Positions 48,463-61,285 of a stretch of DNA of 64,000 nucleotides are shown piece by piece. Under the pieces are notes generated by a model. That model was given only the letters and a program-made list of their open reading frames with translations. It was not told where the DNA came from and made no database searches. The position numbers were made by a program, and so were the translations under genes. Within the stretch, counting starts at the first letter, position 1; every line of letters begins with the position of its first letter. This DNA comes from Octopus sinensis (Eukaryota): positions 8,618,001 to 8,682,000 of the forward strand of contig NC_042999.1 of the NCBI RefSeq assembly GCF_006345805.1, in the 5' to 3' direction.

Positions 48463-49896
48463 AGGTTCTTGATTAAAAATCGTAAAATATTCTCTTCCCA
48501 TTAAGACATCATTCCATAACTAAAAGAGATAGTTCTCCGTTATAAAGCTATATTCGTAACAAACCGTTTATTTACTGCAGAATGTAGAAGAGGTCAGCGA
48601 GAGTTAAATAAGCACAACGAAATCTTTTTTATTTTCTGTTTTACATTTATTTTGTTTCGATATGTAAATGATAATATTTAAAATCCAATATATCTCTAAC
48701 CTTTTGTCATGCTCCACTTGAAACAGAGAAACCACTATCTCACCAAAGGAAACGCCGCCACCACAATGGCCAGCGTTAACATGCTTGAGTAGAAAGTGAA
48801 AGAACCGTGTAACTAACCACTTTCAACTTGCTCTGTGTTGTATTGTTCCGACATGAAACCGATTTGTTTAACAGTCAAATACGATTTTACTCCACATGTT
48901 CCTTCTTCAATCACTTGCCGTCTCTCTGCATTACCGCTGCACTTCGCTGAACACAGAGCTGCGTTTTAAAAGTAATATAAAACTATTGGTCCATTGTGAA
49001 AAAAAAAAAGACATATCATATAAAACAATATCTAAAAAGTAAATTAATGTAGTGAGTGCCGTAGAGCAAGAGTTAAGCTACCAACCAGTCAATACCACGA
49101 ATGCTTAAAGCCATTTCGTCTCGTGTACAATTACTAATGTCTGCAAGAAAATTATGCCATTTCATCCCATTTTCTCCCTTATTAGATATGGCAAATTATG
49201 ACGAGAACTACAAACCTAATTATATGAACATCATGATCTATCTACCCACGTGTCACAAAAGGTCTTATTTATTTTCCTTCGTTTCCTTTTCTTTTCCTCG
49301 CTGACCTGCTCTTCATCGTTCTCTTCCGGTCATGCATTTTTAATTATTTCCTCGTGTAGTGAACAGTTCACGTTATATTCACAGCGAGTCACTGACACGA
49401 AACAAAAAAAAATCCAGAGATTTACAATTTGATATCGTTGATGACTGAGCCTGTCCCACCTGACAGGACCCGGAACCAATCACTTATGTGCCTGCTTCAT
49501 TAACAGCAGCAGCTTCCATGGCAGCAACAGAGAGTAGCATCTTTCTAAGTCATCATTTTCTTTTTTTCTTTAGTGGTGTCAACAATTGTTTCCTCACGTT
49601 AATCTAATTAGACATACTTGTGTGCTCCTAACTTTTCTAACCAATCAGTAACTTCAAATCATGTTATATTGAAGAGAAATGTTGTAGAGAAAAGAGTTGA
49701 TTTACTGTCAACCAATGATTGTCAGGCATGCAGCCTGGCGCACAGTGACACGGCCTGTATATGCAACAGGAATATGCAACACCTGAGGGAAGATATCACT
49801 AGTTACACTGCTTTTGGCAGCCAGCATAGCAGTGGTAGTCACAAAAGACTCACCAACGGGGACAGCAGACCAGTTGTGAAATCAGTAATTCATACC

Positions 49897-50497
49897 TATT
49901 TCTTTATTACCCACAAGGGGGTTAAACATAGAGGGGACAAACAAGGACAGACATGGGTATAAAGTCGATTACATCGACCCCAGTGCGTAATTGGTACTTA
50001 ATTTATCGACCCCGAAAGGATTAAAGGCAAAGTCGACCTCGGCGGAATTTGAACTCAGAACGTAACGGCAGACGAAATACCTATTTCTTTACTACCCACA
50101 AGGGGCTAAACATAGAGGGGACAAGCAAGGACAGACAAACGGATTAAGTCGATTACATCGACCCCAGTGCGTAACTTGTACTTAATTTATCCACCCCGAA
50201 AGGATGAAAAGCAAAGTCGACGTCGGCGGAATTTGAACTCAGAACGTAACGGCAGACGAAATACCTATTTCTTTACTACCCACAAGGGCTAAACACAGAG
50301 GGTACAAACAAGGACAGGCAAACGGATTAAGTCGATTACATCGACCCCAGTGCGTAACTGGTACTAAATTTATCGACCCCGAAAGGATTAAAGGCAAAGT
50401 CGACCTCGGCGGAATTTGAACTCAGAACGTAACGGCAGACGAAATACCGCTGAGCATTTTGCCTGGCGTTCTAACGACTCTACCAGCTCGCCACCTT
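49897..50497 (-). mobile_element. Family-C SINE, head plus three C1 units (period 183-185 bp)
   Basis: ATACC junctions at 49892, 50077, 50261 and 50444; 18-bp TSD AAATCA(GT/TC)AATTCATACC at 49879-49896 and 50498-50515. Confidence 0.93.
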
Positions 50498-50582
50498 AAA
50501 TCATCAATTCATACCGACAGTTCATCTTACAGATTACCGAATAGTTCAACGATCGTACCGCCTAACTAGTAGAGCCGTGTCT

Positions 50583-50977
50583 ATGGAGGCGCAATGGCCC
50601 AGTGGTTAGGGCAGCGGACTCGCAGTCATAGGATCGCGGTTTCGATTCCCAGACCGGGCGTTGTGAGTGTTTATTGAGCAAAAACACCTAAAGCTCCACG
50701 AGGGACCGGCAGGGGATGGTGGTGATCCCTGCTGTACTCTTTCACCACAACTTTCTCTCACTCTTACTTCCTGTTTCTGTTGTACCTGTATTTCAAAGGG
50801 CCAGTCTTGTCACTCTCTGTGTCACGCTGAATATCCCCGAGAACTACGTTAAGGGTACACGTGTCTGTGGAGTGCTCAGCCACTTACACGTTAATTTCAC
50901 GAGCAGGCTGTTCCGTTGATTCGGATCAACCGGAACCCTCATCGTTGTAACCGACGGAGTGCTTCCATCCCATCCAC
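50583..50977 (+). mobile_element. SINE family B, tail type 1
   Basis: 10-bp TSD AGCCGTGTCT at 50573-50582 and 50978-50987. Confidence 0.93.
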
Positions 50978-51353
50978 AGCCGTGTCTGAAATCCCACATA
51001 ACATACCATGGTTTTACCAGACTTTCTTCCATAAATAGCTCAGGTTTTGGTTTTCTGACAACCTACAGTTTCCAGCAATACTGCTGAACTTTCGTATGTA
51101 TACTTTCTCCTCTACAGTGTATCATGACGTAATATATATATATACGCCTACAGCTAAGTTACATGTAACAGAGGTCGAATGCAACATCGTACAGCACCAG
51201 CCATTACAGTTTCCATAGCTTTTATAATGCAGCTTCCACCATTATCATAGTTTATAGACCTTGTTACAAAACTTCAGAAATTCCTTTGTATGACCGGAAA
51301 CATCTGCTCCTGCAGTGTTACGTTCAAGAATCGTACACCAGGTGTCCAATTAG

Positions 51354-51433
<80 letters not shown>

Positions 51434-51645
51434 TAATAAATAAAATATATGCATACATACAAACATATATGTACATACCTACATCTACATGTATATATAC
51501 ATGCATATATAAATATATATACGTGTGTACAGGACACCACAAATAGACGTAGAACTCGAGAAACGAAAACGTAAAAACACCATGGAACGGACCATTTTTT
51601 TAACAACGAAAAAACAGAGTACAAGACAATTACACAAGGAAAAAT

Positions 51646-51706
51646 CCCCTTCATCAGCTGTCCCTAGTACGACTCCAGCGTGTTTCGAAGGTGAGGACAG
51701 AACACG
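51646..51706 (-). ncRNA. Hammerhead-like motif with permuted strand order, copy 1
   Basis: CGTGT-T-CTGTCC-tca-CCTTC-GAAA-CACG-14 nt-GGGACAG-CTGATGA-AGGGG. Stems I (6 bp plus G.U) and III (5 bp) are fully complementary; stem II is weak. Confidence 0.45.
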
Positions 51707-52485
51707 TTTCGTCGAACTAATCCTTCCTGCGAAAGAATTAAATAAAGTTCCTTTGCAGAGGGGTAAAAACAAGGGAAAAAATGTAACAAAAACAGGACGT
51801 AAAAAGAATACAATTAAGAACAAATACAAAATAAAATACAATTGCAAAAAATACAGTACAAGAAGGAATAGAAACAGGACAGGAAAACAAATAAAGAGGG
51901 CCTAAAAGCCTAGACGAGGAAAAAAAGAATTTTTTTACGAGCACAGGAAGACACATGTTTACTTGAACAAGGCAGCCGGCGAAAGGAAGTTCGTAGACCC
52001 GGCTGTGAGAGAGATGAGGAGGAGTGAGAGAGAGAGATAGAGAGGAAGGAAGCAAAAGAGGGTGAAAGAAAGAGAGAAGTAGGAGTTATAGGGTTTCGCG
52101 TCATAATTATATATAAAAACCAGCTTAGAGAAGAAGAAGAAACGAAACGAAACCAAACGAATCGAATCGAATCGACGCGAAGGCGCTCAGTCATACAATA
52201 GTGTAATAAATAAAATATATGCATACATACAAACAGATATGTACGTACCTACATCTACATGTATATATACATGCATATATAAATATATATACGTGTGTAC
52301 AGGACACCACATATAGACGTAGAACTCAACGAGAAACGAAAACGTAAAAACGGCATGGAACGTCGTATTTGTTTTTAATTGCATTCTTTTTACGTCCTGT
52401 TTTTGTCACATTTTTTTCCTTGTTTTTACCCCTCTGCAAATGAATTTTATTTAATTCTTTCGCAGGAAGGATTAGTTCGACGAGA

Positions 52486-52546
52486 TGTGTTCTGTCCTCA
52501 CCTTCGAAACACGCTGGAGTTGAACTAGGGACGGCTGATGAAAGGG
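52486..52546 (+). ncRNA. Hammerhead-like motif with permuted strand order, copy 2
   Basis: TGTGT-T-CTGTCC-tca-CCTTC-GAAA-CACG...GGGACGG-CTGATGA-AAGGG. The substitutions in stems I and III give G.U pairs; stem II is weaker than in copy 1. Confidence 0.4.
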
Positions 52547-52880
52547 ATTTTTCCTTGTGTAATTGTCTTGTACTCTGTTTTTTCGTTGTTAAAAAATGGT
52601 CCGTTCCATGCTGTTTTTACGTTTTCGTTTCTCGTTGAGTTCTACGTCTATTTGTGGTGTCCTGTACACACGTATATATATTTATATATGCATGTATATA
52701 TACATGTAGATGTAGGTACATACATATATGTTTGTATATATGCATATATTTTATTTATTACACTATTGTATGACTGAGCGCCTTCGCGTCGATTCGATTC
52801 GTTTGGTTTCGCTTCGTTTCTTCTTCTTCTCTAAGCTGGTTTATATATATTGTATATATATATATATAATATATATATTA

Positions 52881-52918
<38 letters not shown>

Positions 52919-53252
52919 AGTTACATGTTTTATTATATATTTTATTTTTCCTTTATGATATGGTTTATGTCTATCATTGTTTGAATTACATAATAGTGTT
53001 TTTTCTCTAATTTATATATATATATATTGGTCGAATCAGTCTTTTGTACTTTAACTTTCACCTGCATATATAGATGATATTCAGGCAAACGTGAATCACA
53101 ACTTACCTGGTGATCCACTGAACATATAGGTGAAACTCAAAGTAGTAAGAGATTAACACGACCAAAATAAAATACCGCTAATCTCTCGAGACTTATCGCC
53201 TCTAAGTTAAACTTCTGCCTTTCGTCTTTCTCTTTGTAAATGTTTATACATA

Positions 53253-53671
53253 TATTTCTTTACTGCCCACAAGGGGCTTAACATAGAGGGGACAAACAAG
53301 GACAGACAAAGGGATTAAGTCGATTATATCGACCCCAGTGCGAAACTGGTACTTTATTTATCGACCCCGAAAGGATGAAAGGCAAAGTCGACCTCGGCGG
53401 AATTTGAACTCAGAACGTAAAGACAGACGAAATACCTATTTCTTTACTACCCACAAGGGGATAAACACAGAAGGGACAAACAAGGACAGACAAACGGATT
53501 AAGTCGATTATATCGACCCCAGTGCGTAACTGGTACTTATTTAATCGACCCCGAAAGGATGAAAGGCAAAGTCGACCTCGGCGGAATTTGAACTCAGAAC
53601 GTAACGGCAGACGAAATACTGCTAAGCATTTCGCCCGGCGTGCTAGCGTTTCTGCAAGCTCGCCGCCTTAC
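53253..53671 (-). mobile_element. Family-C SINE, head plus two C1 units
   Basis: 16-bp TSD TAAATGTTTATACATA at 53237-53252 and 53672-53687. Confidence 0.93.
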
Positions 53672-54000
53672 TAAATGTTTATACATAGACTGCAGCCAAC
53701 GCAACTTAATGTTTCATTCCTATGCAAATGAAATAGTTTTGTGTCTTACTTTGAGCCATTTTTAATTGGTTGGTGTCATTTTATTTCATTTAAGACGCTA
53801 ATAATTTTCTGAAAACATGAACTTTCCTTAAAATGCGAGGTCTGAGACGTTGAAACAAGAAGTACGTTCGCACTGAAACAAAGATCCGATGCTATTTGGT
53901 GTTATAAATTCTCCATTCACTTCCTTTAAAACGGAAGAGTTTTGTGTTTAAAAACAAAAAAAATTCCTTTCTTTATTAGACCTTCCTTAGCAGCCATATG

Positions 54001-54276
54001 ACTCTTTCTCTTTTACTCTTTTACTTGTTTCAGTCATTTGACTGCGGCCATGCTGGAGCACCGCCTTTAATCGAGCAAATCGAACCCGGAACTTATTCTT
54101 TGTAAGCCTAGTACTTATTCTATCGGTCTCTTTTGCCGAACCGCTAAGTGACGGGGACGTAAACACACCAGCATCGGTTGTCAAGCAATGCTAGAGGGAC
54201 AAACACAGACACACAAACATATACACACACACATATATATATATACATATATACGACAGGCTTCTTTCAGTTTCCG
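54001..54276 (-). mobile_element. SINE family A, 5'-truncated
   Basis: 3' module and microsatellite, breaking at TTTCAGTTTCCG. Confidence 0.88.
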
Positions 54277-54427
54277 ATTGTTTAATATTAGTGTAATGAT
54301 CATCTGCCGTTGCCCTGCTTGCAGACCATTCTGTTACTTTTCTCTCGCCTGCTTAACATCGCGAAAGTGGAGTCAAGCCCCTAAATATCATTTACAGGTT
54401 TGCGAGACCCTTACACTTACCATTTCA

Positions 54428-54610
54428 TTAACCCTTTAGTGTTCGCATTATTCTGTCGAACATTAATAATTTTTTATCCACTTTGTTTTGAACTAATCAG
54501 GCATTATCTTGTAGCTGTGAGATTTTGATAAGGTAGCTGTTAACTTTAAAAACGACATTGTAGGGCTGGTGTGAGAGACCAGATCTGGCCAGTTTGACCA
54601 TAAAACAGGC
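54428..54610 (+). mobile_element. One end of a piggyBac-like non-autonomous element
   Basis: TTAA|CCCTTTAG terminus; no partner end found. Confidence 0.4.
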
Positions 54611-54854
54611 ACACCTTGTTTATACATTGTCTAGCTCTCCACCCATTCTTCCTCTCTTTCTTTCACTATTTTCTTCCCCCCTTCCTCCCGTTCTCCTTTC
54701 ATTATTTTCTTCTTTCCATCGCTCGTTCATTCATTTATCCGTCACTGAAAAATACTATAATTTGTTATCTTTACCATCTAAACTTTTATTCATTCCTTCT
54801 TCACCCATTCACTATTTACTTGGATGCCATTCGTATCTCATTCGGTTTCTTCTC

Positions 54855-55267
54855 ATTTACTCATTTACTCATTTACTCTCTTACTTGTTTCAGTCATTTG
54901 ACTGCGGCCATGCTGGAGCACCGCCTTTAGTCGAGCAAATCGACCCCGGGACTTATTCTTTGTAAGCCCAGTACTTATTCTATCGGTCTCTTTTTTGCCG
55001 AACCGCTAAGTTACGGGGACGTAAACACACCAGCATCGGTTGTCAAGCAATGCTAGGGGGACAAACACACACACACAAACATATACACACATATACATAT
55101 ATATATATACACGACAGGCTTCTTTCAGTTTCCTTCTACCAAATCTACTCACAAGGCATTGGTCGGCCCGGGGCTATAGTAGAAGACACTTGCCCAAGAT
55201 GCCACGCAGTGGGACTGAACCCGGAACCATGTGGTTGGTTAGCAAGCTACTTACCACACAGCCACTC
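54855..55267 (-). mobile_element. SINE family A, near full-length
   Basis: Matches the A consensus. Confidence 0.9.
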
Positions 55268-55523
55268 AAATTCCTTTTCTTTTTTTTTTTATTTCTGTAT
55301 CATCCAAAATTCTTCTTATTTTGCCTCCCTTCTTTTTACCAATTCCCTTCTTTTGTCTCAACTAAGCTACTTTGTTTCTGCAAGCAGATATTTTCTGATC
55401 TTATCCATTATTTTTCCAATATGCACTTTCTTCTTTCAATCTCTTTCGAATCATGTCATACTCACCGACATTTCTGTTTTTCCTTATTCCAACCCCGCTC
55501 TTATCTAGCTTCATCGATCCATT

Positions 55524-55524
<1 letters not shown>

Positions 55525-55601
<77 letters not shown>

Positions 55602-55606
55602 CTCTC

Positions 55607-55657
<51 letters not shown>

Positions 55658-55663
55658 ATATAT

Positions 55664-55699
<36 letters not shown>

Positions 55700-55768
55700 T
55701 ATATTATGTGTGTGTGTGTGTATTCATATAATATTATAATATGTGTATGTATGTATGTATATGTGTAT

Positions 55769-55808
<40 letters not shown>

Positions 55809-55950
55809 CACATATACATACATACATACACATATATATATGTCTATGAATACACAAACACACACACACATATATATATATACACTATACATACATATAT
55901 GCATATATATATATATATGTATGAATACGCATACACCCCCACCCACATAT

Positions 55951-55987
<37 letters not shown>

Positions 55988-56545
55988 CATATCTTGCCTG
56001 CCATCCATCCCTCCATCCACTACCCTCTCTATGTCTATATATATTATATGTTATACTACATTATATTATATTTATTTACACACAAATAAACACAGATATG
56101 CACACACACACTCACACACACACTCACACACACACACACGCACACGCATGCACGCATGCACGCATGTGTTCTTCCGGTCCGCCCTTTGTTCTTCCCGTCT
56201 AGTTCTTCAAACATTCTCACCTTCATCTCTCCATCTCTCCTCTCTCCTTTCTTTCCTCCTCCGTGCTCTCTGTTTCTCCTTCTCCACATTTTGTAATTAT
56301 CTTTTCTCTCTTCTACAAATAACCAATATCTCATATAAACGAATAACATGCTCCGGGATAATTTAATTTTACCTTGACACCTTTTCCCCCCCGCTGATCA
56401 GCCATTATTGGAAATGATGTGTGTGTATGCATTATACATATTTATATATGTATATATATAAATATGTATATAATATTATATATTATATATATATGTATGT
56501 ATGTATCTATATATATATATATATTATATATATATATATATATAA

Positions 56546-56600
<55 letters not shown>

Positions 56601-56634
56601 ATATATATATATTGGATATATTATATAATATATG

Positions 56635-56690
<56 letters not shown>

Positions 56691-56726
56691 ATATATATAT
56701 AGAGTATATATTATATATATAATATG

Positions 56727-56761
<35 letters not shown>

Positions 56762-56797
56762 TATATATGTATATATATATATATATATAATTATATA

Positions 56798-56828
<31 letters not shown>

Positions 56829-56840
56829 TATAGTATATAT

Positions 56841-56873
<33 letters not shown>

Positions 56874-57430
56874 GTATGTATATATATGGTATTTATATGT
56901 ATATATACTACATATATATATATATATATATGTTATATATATATATGCATGTATAATATATATATATGCATGTATATATATATATATATATGTATTTATA
57001 TGTATACATATATACATATATATATATATATGTATTATATTATATATATGTATATATATATATATATGTATTTATATGTATATATATATATGTAATATGT
57101 TATATATATAGTATATATATGTATATATATATTATATATAAATATGTATGTGTGTATGAATATATATATATAATATATATATATATATATACACAGATAC
57201 ATGAATATATATACATGTACTATATAAGTACCTATATACACATATACATATATATGTATATAGGTAGCTTGTATATATGTACATGTGTGCGTGTGTGTTT
57301 GTGTGTGTGTGTATACATGTATACATACACTCATATATATTTGTGACTGCAGATACATGTGTGCGTGCGTATATGTTTTGTTATGCATGTGTGTGTGTGT
57401 GTGTCTGTGTGCGTGCTTCTGTGTGTGTGT
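55525..57430. repeat. Large compound (TATC)n, (CT)n, (TA)n and (CA)n region with a short unique insert
   Basis: Visible directly; nearly pure TA-derived sequence at about 56415-57200. Confidence 0.95.
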
Positions 57431-58509
57431 ACTTTCACTACGAAACACAATGGTAGAAACCTTCACTAAACTCGTTCGTTGTCAATGAGAATAAAAATAA
57501 TTACAAAAACAATCCAACAACATAAACCAAACCAAGAACCGAAAAAAAAAACCGGAAAAAACACAAACCTGGATCCTCTTTTACTTTGAATGATGATTGC
57601 GACAGGTTTTTTCTCCCACCTTTTTTGCACCTGAGTCGATGGCGTTGAATACGTCTTCTAGTTTACCTTTAATTCAACAACAACAACAACAATTCGACAA
57701 AGAATAAAATCGCTTTCTTTGCTCCCCACCCCACCTCACCCAATTCACCCCTTCTTATTCTTCTCTTCCCTCACCTCCTCCTCCTCCTCTTCCTCCTCTT
57801 CTATTAAAAAAAGACAATTAAATTGGATTGAAATTATTTTCTTGAGTCAGCTTCTTCTAAATTTTATACCCCACACCCCCACCCCGAAGTCACAGGGTAC
57901 TGTTTATGTTTGTTTGTTTATTTATTTATTTATTTATTTTAGGGGTAAATAGGAATGCACGATCGCAGTTGTTCTTCCTGGTTTAGGATAGTGAGATGTG
58001 ATTCAAGGGAAATTTGACTGCTTTTTCTTGTAGGTCGAGCAATTTCGTACAGATTCCCTGCTCGGTCGGTCTGTCGGTCGGTCGGTTGGTCGGTGCAATG
58101 TTTTACAGAAAGAAGATAATTGTACCTCAACACCGCCGCAAAGTATGTATTTATTAATGCTATTGTGTTCTGTAACTAACTGAACCTGGAAGGTATTTCA
58201 AATCACACTTAATCAATATATATATATAAAACAGTTGCATATATTAGTATTGATTAGTTATTGAACTACCAAATCGGTTTCCCGTAGTTTCTTTCTGGTG
58301 CTTTCCACATCGCCGTTAAGCAAGTGTCTTATTTCCTGAATGGCTGTATATAAATACAGCAATTTAGAAACAATTTACCGTTATTGGCACCACAATAAAA
58401 CGTGTAAGTGCTTCGTTTGATTGCAGTATTCCATTGAACTCTCAAGAGTAGATCTCAGAGCGGTGCTTTTCAAACGGTGCGCAGCAAGTGTATCTTTGGG
58501 CATTGTATT

Positions 58510-59365
58510 GAAATACCTATTTCTTTACTACACACAAGGGGCTGAACACAGAAGGACAAACAAGGACAGACAAACGGATTAAGTTGATTACGTCGACCCC
58601 AGTGCGTAACTGGTACTTATTTAATCGACCCCGAAAGGATGAAAGGCAAAGTCGACCTCGGCGGAATTTGAACTCAGAACGTAACGGCAGACGAAATACT
58701 TATTTCTTTACTAATCACAAGGGACTAAAGACAGAGAGGACAAACAAGGACAGACAAAGGGATTAAGTCTATTATATCGACCGCAGTGTGTAACTGGTAC
58801 TTATTTAATCGAACCCGAAAGGATGAAAGGCAAAGTTGACCTCGGGGGAATTTGAACTCAGAACGTAACGGCAGACGAAATACCTATTTCTTTACTACCC
58901 ACAAGGGGCTAAACACAGAGAGGACCAACAAGGACAGAAAAAGGGATTAAGTCGATTACATCGACCCCAGTGCGTAACTGGTACTTATTTAATCGATCCC
59001 GAAAGGATGAAAGGCAAAGTTGGCCTCGGCGGAATTTGAACTCAGAACGTAACGGCAGACGAAATACCTATTTCTTTACTATCCACAAAGGGCTACACAC
59101 AGAGGGAACAAACAAGGACATACAAAGGGATTAAGTCGATTACATCGATTCCAGTGCGTCACTGGTACTTAATGTATCGATCCTGAAAGGATGAAAGGCA
59201 AAGTCGACCTCGGCGGAATTTGAACTCAGAACGTAACGGCAGATGAAATGCCGCTAAGCCTTTCGTCTAGCGTGCTAACGATTCTGGCATGGGGTCGATG
59301 TAATCAACTTAAACCCTTCTTTGTCCCCTCTATGTTTAGCCCCTTGTGGGTAGTAAAGAAAATAT
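58510..59365 (-). mobile_element. Family-C SINE, four C1 units and a truncated head, abutting an inverted C1 tail fragment
   Basis: Junctions near 58510, 58692, 58877, 59061 and 59244; plus-strand tail at 59290-59365. Confidence 0.9.
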
Positions 59366-59895
59366 ATATGAAATAAGTGCTTCGTGAGAAGGAGTATTGG
59401 AGTAAATACTCATGAAGGCTACGCAAAGCGCTGTTTTTTTTTCTTTGAGTGCAAGAAGGTTCCATGTTGGCAACACATCGAAAGAAATCTTCTGTAGCAC
59501 TCTCATGAGTATAGCGCAAAGCAGTGATCCCCAAATGGTGAACGCAACGTTTGAAAACACCTACGTCGTGTCATTTTTTAAATTATAATTTAAGGCTTTA
59601 GAAAATCTACCTTAATATTTAATCGTCTTGAGAAAGACAATGGTTTAATAATTTTGTTATAAACAAGAATTAATTAAGAAAATAAGCCACGAAGCACCTT
59701 TTTATATATTTGTTTCTGATTGTTTAACTTTTAGCCTGGATTTTGTTTTACTTCCCTTATGCGATGCCTCAATAATTGATTTGTTTAATTTGCAATGTGC
59801 CACGAAATCAAAAAATTATAAAACCACAGATTTAAAATGTGATTGTCTCCTCCATGTTGGCTTCTTGAAATACTACATAAAGACACATGATTTCT

Positions 59896-60276
59896 TATTT
59901 CTTTATTGCCCACAAGGGGCTAAACATAGAAGGGGGCAAACAAGGACAGGCAAACGGATTACATCGATTATATCGACCCGGTGCGCAACTGGTACTTAAT
60001 TTATCGACTCCGAAAGGATGAAAGGCAAAGTCGACCACGGCGGAATTTGAACTCAGAACGTAACGGCAGTCGAAATACCTATTTTTATTTCTTTACTACC
60101 CACAAGGGGCTAAACACAGAGGGGCCAAACAAGGACAGACAGGCGGATTAAGTCGATTACATCGACCTCAGTGCGTAACTGGTACTTAATTTATCGACCC
60201 CGAAAGGATGAAAGGCAAAGTCGACCTCAGCGGAATTTGAACTCAGAACGTATCGGCAGACGAAATACGGCCACGC
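59896..60276 (-). mobile_element. Family-C SINE, two C1 units and a truncated head
   Basis: Junction GAAATACCTATTT near 60071. Confidence 0.9.
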
Positions 60277-60447
60277 AAAGATCTTTACATTCGTTGCACG
60301 GTGGAGCAAGTGTGACCGAAAACACAGTTTTCAACAACGGCATCAAGGGTTCATTTTTAAACGTAAATGAATATGGTTAAAACTTTAATTTCCGACACGA
60401 ACCAGAAGACAAACGTATATATTTGTACAACATTATTACGTTCAAGG

Positions 60448-60650
60448 AAGGCGGTGAGGTAAAAGAATCGTTGGCATGTCGGGGAAATTGCTTAGCGGGG
60501 TTTCGTTCGTCTTTACGTCCTGAGTTCAAATTCCGCCGAGGTCCACTTTGCTTTCATCTTTTCGAGATCGACGAGATAAGTACAAGTTGAGCGCTGAGAT
60601 GGATGTAATAGACTCACCTCTTACACAAAATTAGTGGCCTTGAAACCAAT
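60448..60650 (+). mobile_element. Older family-C SINE with a C3-type tail
   Basis: AAGGCGGTGAGG..GAGTTCAAATTCCGCCGAGG..GTGGCCTTGAAACC. Confidence 0.75.
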
Positions 60651-61285
60651 ATTTCGTTCAAGGGAATAATTTTAAGATGTTAAATAGAAATTAAACGAGT
60701 TGAAGAATTTTAAAAATAATTTAATAAAAAAAAAATAAAGCAATTTTTATGGATTTCTTGAGACGTTTTTAACATTTCGGTTGTAATGAGTTAAGACTGT
60801 AACATTAACATCGTAGTGTCAATAGAAAGAAAATAGTTTTCATTTTCATTTATGGTGACACTGGGAAACATTAGCTCTTAATTGCTGTTTACAGTGAAAT
60901 GAGATTTCAATAGGACATAGAAAACTATTTCCACCAGGGCATGAACACATCGAATACAGAAAACTAATCTTAACAATAATGGAAAATACCAACGCAAACT
61001 AATTATGGTTGTTCTTGGATAAGAACTAATCAAATAATCAATATAGAATCCAGATTTAAAAACTGTTAAACAGAATTGGCAAATCACCCAGAGGATAGAT
61101 GCAATTTACTTTCAGATGTGTCATTGCGAAAACACACAATATTCGATCCCGACGGGATTGGAACTCAGAACAGAGATAAACGAAACGTAGTTCGACTGAC
61201 TTACTTTTGTCTTAAACTCAATATAAATAATAATTGCGACAATTTCTGATATTGTATTGAGATGATAATATACAACTATGTTTCA

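Larger units (their letters stand above)
51428..52845. repeat. 770-bp-period direct repeat plus an inverted copy (Penelope pseudo-LTR-like architecture)
   Basis: ATAGTGTAATAAATAAAATATATGC starts at 51428 and 52198; 52365-52845 is the reverse complement of the unit. Confidence 0.9.

Noticed and set aside
49897-50497. Regularly spaced repeats resembling a CRISPR array (also 58510-59290)
   Set aside because: The whole 184-bp unit repeats with no unique spacers, carries a Pol III B box and has TSDs; no cas genes; eukaryotic context.
55040-55849. 269-aa ORF and similar 60-150 aa ORFs recurring at many loci
   Set aside because: They are read through SINE-A/B/C sequence and microsatellites; recurrence reflects repeat copies, not a gene family.
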